From Candidatus Thorarchaeota archaeon (GTDB lineage Archaea > Asgardarchaeota > Thorarchaeia > Thorarchaeales > Thorarchaeaceae): 29,702 bases of DNA. The stretch is from positions 1-29,702 of the forward strand of contig RDNZ01000035.1 of the NCBI GenBank assembly GCA_011364905.1, read 5' to 3'. The position numbers were made by a program, and so were the translations under genes. Positions 1 through 8,200 of the stretch are shown piece by piece (the first letter of the stretch is position 1; the number at the start of each line of letters is the position of its first letter). Below the pieces are notes generated by a model. The model was not told the origin of the DNA. It did no database searches and worked only from the letters and a program-made list of their open reading frames with translations.

Positions 1-195
1 CATCCCTAAGATTATGGTACGCCTCGAAGAAATATGAATCTAACCGATTAAGTAGATTTCAAGGTTAGAGCCAGCATATTAGAAGTAGGAGATTCTGTAT
101 TTGAAACAAGTAATCAGTAAACGTGGTAACATTTGGAAGAAAGTGTTCTCTATGTTTACAAAAGTTGACATGAGATTCCTTAAGGAAAAAGTGTG

Positions 196-220
196 AGTAT
201 GGAGATGTTCTCTCCATACT
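196..220 (-). terminator. Hairpin terminator-like element downstream of the 232..822 gene
   Basis: Perfect 10-bp stem AGTATGGAGA/TCTCCATACT with a 5-nt loop, 11 nt past the stop codon, followed on the minus strand by CACACTTTTTCCTT. Confidence 0.6.
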
Positions 221-231
221 GACTATTTCGA

Positions 232-822
232 TTATAGATTCCAGTTGTATCGTAGAGTGAGGTCGATATTTACGCTCCAGGTACTAGTCTTTGAAGATGC
301 GTCAAACCAGAAAACCCAGACGTATGTGTCTGCATAGTTATTCAGATTGATGAAGTCCGAAGCTGTCGTTGTGTAGTCTCCCTGATTTACGAGGTATGAG
401 TCAAGACCAGACCAAGAAGATATCCCATCGAATGTCGTCTTATCTATCTCATAAACAGCAACATGCACCGTCACTGTAACTCCATCTGATCCAGTACTTG
501 TGACACTGATTTCAAAATCGAGATCGGGCTGAGTCGTTGTCTGTGTTTCATAGCTGGAAACGCTGAACTCATCATAGTAGTAACTCGGGAAAAGTGACAC
601 ATCTTGATTGCTGTAGGATGCAATCGACCTTGTTTGGTAGCCCGTTCCGCCTCCCCAATTGAATAGCGAGGCGAAGGTGCCCAGGAATACAACTGCAATG
701 ACCACCATCCCAATAATAAGAATCACGCATATTATTGCGCCGATTTTACAGCAGTCTGATGAGCTTGATTTTTTTGGAGCTTGCTGATAGGGTTCAGGAC
801 CCGGCATGGGAATCTCTGTCAT
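232..822 (-). CDS. Membrane-anchored hypothetical protein (N-terminal TM, Ser/Thr/Tyr-rich extracellular beta domain)
   Basis: Pro-rich N-terminus, CC-K then a ~30-aa hydrophobic helix, then a beta-rich domain. ATG at 822 preferred over the track start at 840. Confidence 0.75.
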   Translation of the reverse strand: MTEIPMPGPEPYQQAPKKSSSSDCCKIGAIICVILIIGMVVIAVVFLGTFASLFNWGGGTGYQTRSIASYSNQDVSLFPSYYYDEFSVSSYETQTTTQPDLDFEISVTSTGSDGVTVTVHVAVYEIDKTTFDGISSWSGLDSYLVNQGDYTTTASDFINLNNYADTYVWVFWFDASSKTSTWSVNIDLTLRYNWNL

Positions 823-934
823 GGTTATCCATTTCAGCAATGATACTCTCCGCTTTTATTTCAATTTCTGCTGAATACTATAGCCAAGCATTGCGTGACT
901 ATGATTAAATCCTGGTTACGCATTATCATTTTTG

Positions 935-1630
935 ATGCCGATCTCATTAGTTGAACAGATCATTAGAGAGCTTCAAAGACTAAGTAAGAGTGAGCGGAAG
1001 CAAAAAATTGCTGAGTATTTGAAAACATCTTCGCTGGATTTCATGGGAGTTGAGCTTCCAGATATTCATAGAACGGTTAAGAACAGCATTAAAGGTTTGA
1101 AGCTGGAGGATTTGCCTAGATTCATGGAAGAACTCTGGAGTAAGAGAATCTTCGAGGTCAGACTCGCTGCGATTGATGTTTTGAAGGTTTATGCAAAGAA
1201 AGGTTCTCTTGAAGTCGCGATGAAACTGGCTGACAAATGGGTGGGTGAAGGAGACACCTGGGGGATTATCGATCCTTTATGCTCTCCCACAATCGGTTCA
1301 ATGATACTACGAGACCCTAACATAGAAACAACACTGAAATCTTGGCAAACGTCAGAAAACTTCTGGAGAAGGAGGGCTTCCGTTCTGCCCTTTCTATATC
1401 TAGCATTGAAAACTCAGTATGTACCTGAATTCAACAATCGGATTCTCCGCGCAGTCACTCCTCATATATCTGATGAAGAATTCTTTGTAGCTAAGTCTGC
1501 AGGCTGGGTACTTCGAGAGCTGAGCAAAAGAGACCCCAAAATTGTGGAGGAATACTTCAAGGAGAACCGCAAGAAAATGTCCAAGCTAGTCATACGCGAA
1601 GGTTCGAAGAAACTGAAGTCAGCACGCTAG
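935..1630 (+). CDS. AlkD-like DNA alkylation repair protein (HEAT-like repeat glycosylase family)
   Basis: FMGV..P, ELW...FEVRLAA, TWGIID, W..SENFWRRRAS, DEEFFVAKSAGWVLRE..K motifs typical of the DNA_alkylation family. Confidence 0.88.
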   Translation: MPISLVEQIIRELQRLSKSERKQKIAEYLKTSSLDFMGVELPDIHRTVKNSIKGLKLEDLPRFMEELWSKRIFEVRLAAIDVLKVYAKKGSLEVAMKLADKWVGEGDTWGIIDPLCSPTIGSMILRDPNIETTLKSWQTSENFWRRRASVLPFLYLALKTQYVPEFNNRILRAVTPHISDEEFFVAKSAGWVLRELSKRDPKIVEEYFKENRKKMSKLVIREGSKKLKSAR

Positions 1631-2836
1631 TTGTTTAACGATTTTCCTTTTGGCCGATTTGGGACTAACGTTTTCAACTGTAATGCTTTCTACTTGATGA
1701 TACTTACCGAAATCCTTGAAGCCTTGAACTGCTCTCTCCAATCCATCTTTTTCTTTCCAGAAGTCGTTCTCAAGATATAGTGAAATCAGATTCATCCTGT
1801 TTTCATTTCTGTGGACTTTTACATCTACTCTTCCAACAAGGTTGAAACCATCAAGAAGAGGAAGAACATGATATCCATACACACGTTTGATCGCCGGAAC
1901 ATATGATTCCAATTTGTAATCGAAATTCCAAATGTTTAGAGGGTAGTGTCGCTCGCGTATAATATTGTCGAATGGGCTTAACAGTTTCACGGGTTCACCA
2001 GACACATCTATGTTATCATTCATCAATTGTTTGACGTTTTTGCTCAGTATATAGTATTGTTCGCTAACTCCTTCTATGGAAACCTGCTCGAGGAATCCCT
2101 CACCTACGAGCTCTTCCAAATAGTCATTGATCTTTCCTCTTGAATTCTTCCAAAGAAACTGAGCTGGCCAACGTCCCAAGTAGGTACGAATATCCTGATA
2201 GTTCCCAAGACCAAGAGACCCAAGCGTTGCTTGAATTGTAAACTGAGCAAGCTCCGAATCACTCATTGGTGTGGTTTCAGTAGTAGTAGGGAGCACCCTT
2301 TCTGTCAGATCATAGAATTTCTGAAAATTCTCTCTGAATGCTATCATTATTTGACCGGTGTAGTGAAGATATTGCATCGACCTGCTTTCAATGGATCCTC
2401 CCCATCCGAGACTCTCCCCCTTGAAATCGGAGCTAGAAGTCGCACCATTCTTTTTGATATGTTCATAGATTTCTCTGATTGTGTCTTTCATCTTCTCCCC
2501 GAATCTCTGAAAATATCCTTTGCTTTCCCTTCGGACCTGTTCCATTTTTCTCACATAAAACGGATAGGTTTCAATAGGGAGCAAGCATAATGAATGGGAC
2601 CAGTATTCGAAAAGTTTGCCTTTCTTGAGATCTTTCCATACATCTCTCTCTTGATACCTCGGGTATCTGTTGTAGATGATTAGATTGTGGCTTCTAGAAA
2701 CTACTGACATGGTATCTATTTGGATACTGTGAATCCTTCTTGCGACACTCAAAGCTGACTTACAGAGTTTTTGAGTCCTCAGTCCTTGAACATCAAGGAT
2801 GAATCCCCTGGCTTTTTCACTAGAAACCTCAATCAT
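1619..2836 (-). CDS. YcaQ/AlkZ (HTH_42) family interstrand-crosslink DNA glycosylase
   Basis: IQIDTMSVVSRSH (QxD motif), LFEYWSH, FQKFYDLTERVLP, LLSPFDN, FDYKLESYVPA.KR.YGY.VLPLL, GRVD.K. Confidence 0.9.
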   Translation of the reverse strand: MIEVSSEKARGFILDVQGLRTQKLCKSALSVARRIHSIQIDTMSVVSRSHNLIIYNRYPRYQERDVWKDLKKGKLFEYWSHSLCLLPIETYPFYVRKMEQVRRESKGYFQRFGEKMKDTIREIYEHIKKNGATSSSDFKGESLGWGGSIESRSMQYLHYTGQIMIAFRENFQKFYDLTERVLPTTTETTPMSDSELAQFTIQATLGSLGLGNYQDIRTYLGRWPAQFLWKNSRGKINDYLEELVGEGFLEQVSIEGVSEQYYILSKNVKQLMNDNIDVSGEPVKLLSPFDNIIRERHYPLNIWNFDYKLESYVPAIKRVYGYHVLPLLDGFNLVGRVDVKVHRNENRMNLISLYLENDFWKEKDGLERAVQGFKDFGKYHQVESITVENVSPKSAKRKIVKQLAC

Positions 2837-2884
2837 AGGGAATCACTAAACAAACTGATTTTGCAAACGTCTACAATGAAACTC

Positions 2885-3058
2885 TTACTTCCACTTTTTA
2901 AGTGCATCATCCAAATTCGAGATTGCTGATTGAACCAATTGCTTTGTTTTTCCTAGAAGGTACGCTCCCTTCGACCTTTTTTCATCTGGGAATTCCTCAA
3001 GTTTCCTCTCCAATATCTTTTGAAACAGCAAGTTCTCTAATTTGATTACAAAATGCAA
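2885..3058 (-). CDS. Possible 57-aa small helical protein (below the ORF-track cutoff)
   Basis: Hand-translated TTG..TAA frame (L/M)HFVIKLENLLFQKILERKLEEFPDEKRSKGAYLLGKTKQLVQSAISNLDDALKKWK. Fills the gap on the same strand as its neighbours. Confidence 0.35.
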   Translation of the reverse strand: MHFVIKLENLLFQKILERKLEEFPDEKRSKGAYLLGKTKQLVQSAISNLDDALKKWK

Positions 3059-3098
3059 TACTTTTGCTCACTTGTGCTTCGAAAACTCCAACTTAGAT

Positions 3099-3350
3099 CT
3101 AGCCTTTTATGGCTGCCATCTCAAGAAGTTCAGGACTTGGCGCTGTTCTCATGTTCCGAATAAGGCTTGTTGAAGCTCCTCTCCTCTTCAGTTCACGTTC
3201 GATCCTGTTCAAACAGATTGTGATATTGACCATTGCATTCTTCAGGGTGACCATGCTCAGTCGAAGTTCATCATCTGTACAATTGGAACATTCCCGAGGA
3301 ATGCAGCACTTGAAGGAGATTTTACGTTCTTTCTCTTCACCCTTTGTCAT
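3099..3350 (-). CDS. Small hypothetical Cys-containing protein
   Basis: MTKGEEKERKISFKCCIPRECSNC followed by an amphipathic helix. Purine-rich stretch upstream of ATG 3350. Confidence 0.5.
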   Translation of the reverse strand: MTKGEEKERKISFKCCIPRECSNCTDDELRLSMVTLKNAMVNITICLNRIERELKRRGASTSLIRNMRTAPSPELLEMAAIKG

Positions 3351-3571
3351 AGTACTTACACCTTTCATTTTCGATTATGTACGATAATATTAGGCACATT
3401 TGGATTAATAGGGTTATCTTTTCAAAAGGCAAATTCTGAAACGTCACAGGCTACAAACGGACATGGAATGAACCCCATAGGTATATTATAGGTTACAGAT
3501 TGAAAACATTATAGTAAACGCGAGTCCATTCTTGATTGTTCCAGATGTTTTCGTGCATCTCAACAATAACT

Positions 3572-4099
3572 CTATTGCCAGTGAATCCTTTCGCAATCAT
3601 ATTCACGAATTGCCCTGCTTAACTCTCCAATGTGCCACATGCTATGTCTCATTGTGTAGAGAATCTTTGCAAGACGGGATGGTTGCCATTCTGAAAAGCC
3701 ATCAGTTTTCACCATGTCACCATAGCTGAGTGAATGAAGTTTCTCCTTAAGTTGCTGTTTGGTTTCCTCGAGGTAGGTAAGCATCTCCTTCTTTGTTATG
3801 CGTGCTGCAGTTTCCTCTGGACTCTCCTCTTTCCACTTAATACCTCCAATTCTTGCGCCCCACTTCATCACTTTTGGATCGTCGTTACCATAGAATTCAA
3901 CAGTTTCAATAATGTGGAAAACCCTTTCTGAAAAGTACCAGACATTCTCTCCTTTCGTCTGATTCCATGGCTTGGTAATCGCATCTAACCCCACCGACCA
4001 CTTCTCATCAGGCACATTTTCGATAGATGCTTTGAGCATATTCCAAACAGACTCAAATTGATCCACTAGATGATTTGCGATTGCGTTTTGTTCTTCCAA
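3572..4099 (-). CDS. DinB/YfiT-like four-helix bundle protein
   Basis: L...IENVPDEKW, FHIIET, and C-terminal RHSMWHIGEL giving the His triad. GGAGG upstream of the TTG start. Confidence 0.8.
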   Translation of the reverse strand: MEEQNAIANHLVDQFESVWNMLKASIENVPDEKWSVGLDAITKPWNQTKGENVWYFSERVFHIIETVEFYGNDDPKVMKWGARIGGIKWKEESPEETAARITKKEMLTYLEETKQQLKEKLHSLSYGDMVKTDGFSEWQPSRLAKILYTMRHSMWHIGELSRAIREYDCERIHWQ

Positions 4100-4177
4100 A
4101 GCGACTCCTCCAACAACTAGCTGTCAATAGCAGGTTCTTTCATATTTGGTTTTTCATTAGGCTTGAAGGGGCTTATC

Positions 4178-5215
4178 CTAGAAGCGTTTTGTTGTCTTTG
4201 GATAGGGCGAGAATTTTCTCCTTTGTTTTGTGGTGATCCAATCTGTTGAATCATCAATATTCCTTAAAGACCTCAAGATATCGAAGGAAATCCATCTTGA
4301 CGCCTTTGGATGTGGTGCGTAATCCCAGAGTCCATACTCGCCTTGTTGGTCAAGAGTCCATTTGATCAGCTCCTTCACTCTGGGATCTGAGCGATTGGCG
4401 CCTACTCTCGAGCACAGGTCAAGTAGCAAAGCGGGATCGAATTTGGCATGATAGGTGAGTACACCACGATGCGGCTCAATGCCAATGTATCTTGCTACAT
4501 TGAATCCAAGATTGTTACGGTCTCGTGTTTCTCTTCCCAGAAGGTGATCCAATGCCTGACGAGCTTCTGTGCTATGCTTTCTTTTCGGATGATGTGCGAA
4601 ACACATCAAAGATTGAGTTGTGTTCGTTCTGCATCCCCACTTCGAGCGAGATAACCTCCTATATCCTGCGATGCCAACAAACACATCATTGACTTTTCCC
4701 GCTGGCCAGGTGCCATCCTCTAAACGCTTGTCAACTAGCCACTCGAATGCCCGTTCGGAGCGCGCGTCCTCTGCATAACCACACATTGCTAGACCCAGAA
4801 GTGGAACCGAGGTTTGCACTGGCGACATGGTATAGGGCCCTCGCGTGTATTCGAAGTCTGAAACTCTCTCAGGTAGTGGCCATGAACCATCCTTTCTCTG
4901 CTTGGAAAACAGATATTTTGCACCCCTCTTGATGGCATTATGATTTCTATCTATTCCAAGATAACCTAGACGCATCAATGCCGCTGTTGTAGCCCTGATA
5001 GATCCACCAATAGTGTAACCTGCCTGGTCGAGCTCTTTCCAGTTTCCACCATCTCTCTGCAGGTTTATGAGGTCTGATACCAGTGAATCCCTTGATCTAG
5101 AAGCTGCAAGTTCTTGCACCTCTTGTTCATCTGCGTCTTGGCCCATGAGCTGTGTGAGCACAAGATAGCGAAGATTAGGTGACCTGTCTGCAAGTAAAAG
5201 TGGAATCCAGGTCAT
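4178..5215 (-). CDS. Prenyltransferase/squalene-cyclase-repeat (alpha/alpha toroid) protein
   Basis: QW-type repeats LQRDGGNW, KQRKDGSW, KRLEDGTW, QQGEYGLW. Start overlaps the upstream UvrA stop (ATGA, 5212-5215). Confidence 0.8.
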   Translation of the reverse strand: MTWIPLLLADRSPNLRYLVLTQLMGQDADEQEVQELAASRSRDSLVSDLINLQRDGGNWKELDQAGYTIGGSIRATTAALMRLGYLGIDRNHNAIKRGAKYLFSKQRKDGSWPLPERVSDFEYTRGPYTMSPVQTSVPLLGLAMCGYAEDARSERAFEWLVDKRLEDGTWPAGKVNDVFVGIAGYRRLSRSKWGCRTNTTQSLMCFAHHPKRKHSTEARQALDHLLGRETRDRNNLGFNVARYIGIEPHRGVLTYHAKFDPALLLDLCSRVGANRSDPRVKELIKWTLDQQGEYGLWDYAPHPKASRWISFDILRSLRNIDDSTDWITTKQRRKFSPYPKTTKRF

Positions 5216-8200
5216 GGCATCTCCTCCAAGATTTCATTGATATACGGTGCTGTTGGGGTTTCAAGGTCCTTTATCTCGTATGGACTGCCTTCTGCGATAA
5301 CAGAACCTCCCCCAGGACCTCCTTTTGGTCCAAGCTCAATCAACCAATCACAGGCAGCCAGAACATGAGGGTGATGCTCAATCACAAAAACACTATTTCC
5401 AGCTGCAACCAACCTCTGAAGAACATCAATCAAACGTCTGACATCCTCCAGATGTTGCCCCACCGTGGGTTCATCTAGAATATAGAGTGTTCCTCTCGTA
5501 GACTTCTTCATCAATTCTTGTGTGATCTTTAATCGCTGAATTTCTCCTCCAGAGAGAGTCCAAGTTGGTTGCTTTAGAACAAGATAGCCAAGACCAACAT
5601 CCAGAGCTGGGCGAAGTCTTCTCTCTATGCGTTCATCATCCTTGAATAGATTGTGAATCTCACTCAATGTGAGACTGTTCAATTCAGGTAGTGAATAGCC
5701 CTTCATTCTCACATCCCATGCTTCGGGGGAGCGACCACTTCCTGCGCAGGTTTCGCAGGGTGTAAAAACCGCAGGAAGAAACCCGAGGTCCGTTCGTAGA
5801 TACCCTGCTCCCTCGCAAATGGAACAAGGCTGTGACAGTTTCTTTTTGTTGAGTCCAAGTGAAACTGCATCCTCGCTCTCAGCAAAGACATCAACCAATG
5901 AATCGAGCAGACCCAAAGCTTGTCCCGGCGAGCGAAGTCCTTTTCGTGCTTGATCAAGAACGACGACCCGCTCTGGCGCATTCGTGATGCTATCGTACTC
6001 CTCTGGCTGAGTTTCCTCATATGCAATACTGGTTGTGAATTTCTTCGGTGCCATTGCTCGAGCGAGTGTGTCAATAAGCAATGTGCTCTTTCCAGAACCA
6101 GACACCCCGCAGAATCCAACCAAAACGCCTAGGGGAATTTCAAGATTTACGTTTTGCAAGTTGTTTCCTCTAGCCCCAACAATCTTCATCCAGGCAATAG
6201 GCGTTCGTGGTGCGTCAGAGAACTGGAACTTACTTTCACCTCGCAACCATCTCCCTGTGACTGAGTTGCATTTGGCAACATCTATGGGAGAACCTACTGT
6301 GACAATCTTTCCTCCTGCTGTCCCTGCCCCAGGGCCCATATCAATCAGTTCATCTGCGGCTTTGATGATGCTCAAATCATGCTCGACAACGATGGGTGTA
6401 TTGCCCTCTTCCTTGAGTTCCCGAAGGGCCTCAATCAGACTATCTACTTCTGATGGGTGCATGCCTCGGGATGGTTCATCAAGCAGAATTGTCAGTGAAG
6501 TCAGGCCGCTGCCCAGCAAGCTTGAAAGAATGACTCTTTGCGCCTCACCGGCAGATAGCGACAATGCTGGACGGTTGAGATGTATATAACCGAGTCCGAC
6601 CTGCTCTAGAAACTTCAGGCGTTTCAAGATAGTTTCAAGATTTGAGGAAGTGAAGTATGCGTCTGTCTCAGGAACCTTGAGGTTTCTGAGGATCTCTCTT
6701 AGTTCAGAGATAGACTTGTCCTTTAACTCGTGGACGTTATAACCCAGAATTGTGAAGGCAAGGTACTCTTCCTTGAGACCCGTTCCTTTACAACTGCTAC
6801 AGGTGACTCGATTAGTGAAGGTCTGTCCCACGTCCCACTCATTTACAAGTTTATAGAATCCCCACCAAGCCTGTCTGCCAGTGATTCTGGTCCTCTCTCC
6901 TCTCCGTGTGCCCAGGTATGAAAACTCGAGCTTCTCAGAGTCACCGTAGAGAAATGCCTGCTTGCCCTCCTCTGATATTTCATTCCAGGGTGTTGTTTTG
7001 GGATTGAACCCGAACTTCTCTCCAAGGGCGACAAGTAATCCAGCTGCCGCACTTTTGGGATCACAGAAGTATTTCCCTGGATAGTATCCTGGAGAGTACA
7101 TTGCACCTTGACACAAGGCTTTCTCAGGAGCAATGATAAGCTTCTCGGGGGCTGGTATGTTTTTCGTGCCAACACCACTGCACTCGCTACAAGCCGCGAA
7201 GTATGTTGTTGATGAAAATGCTCTGGGACTTACCAGAGGTTTGACTGACCTGCATTTGGGACATGACCATTTCTCATTACGAATCATTTTTGTCCCACAG
7301 TCAATGCAGGTCCGTTCTGCAACAGTAGCATACAGAACATTAAGTTGGTTCGATATCTCAGTGACGGTCCCAATATTGGAACGACTTTGATAGACAGCAT
7401 ACCATCCTGATCCTCTACGTCGTCTCGATGAAATAGCCACGGACACTCCTAGACCACTCACACTGTCAACGGGTGCCTCGGGTCCCTCACTCGTACCCTG
7501 TCGCTCGTAAACAGAGAGCGACTCCAGAAATCTTCTGTCAGCTTCTGCTTGGAGCACATCCCTCACAAGAGAGGACTTCCCAGATCCTGATATGCCTGTG
7601 ACTACTGTGAGTTTGCCTTTCTTGATGTCTACATTGACCGACTTCAGATTATTCGCTCTAGCATTTCTGATGGATATCTTGTCTGCGAGTGTGTTTGTCT
7701 TCTTTGGTTTCTTATTGGGTATCACGTTTTCCTCATTCTCAAGGGCATTAGCGGTGAGTGAATTGGCAGTTGCATGGATTCCTGAGACCGGTCCACAGTA
7801 GAGCACTTCCCCGCCTTCCGGTCCTCCAAGAGGCCCCAGATCCATAATCCAGTCTGCTGACTTGATGATGTCAGTATTGTGTTCAACAACAACAATCGTT
7901 GCTCCTTCTTTAACGAGCTTGTCAAGCACGGACAGAAATCCAAAAAGATCGCTTGGATGAAGCCCTGTTGATGGCTCGTCGAGGATCAATAGCTTTGAAG
8001 ACAGTGATTTTCTTCCCAGATACTTTGCGAGCTTGACTCTCTGAGCTTCGCCTCCCGAAAGGCTTGGGGAGCTCTGACCAAGTTTCAGATAGCCAAGACC
8101 GATTGTGACAAGGGCATCCAGGATGTTATGTGCCGATTTCCTCTTACTCTCAGGGAGTCTAGTATCTCCTGATAGAATTGAGTGCACCTCGGCAATGGAG

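Noticed and set aside
4178-5215. Toroid protein as a Rab geranylgeranyltransferase beta subunit or squalene-hopene cyclase
   Set aside because: The nearby Rabs have no C-terminal Cys, no alpha subunit is present, the DxDD motif is absent and the protein is about half the length of a cyclase
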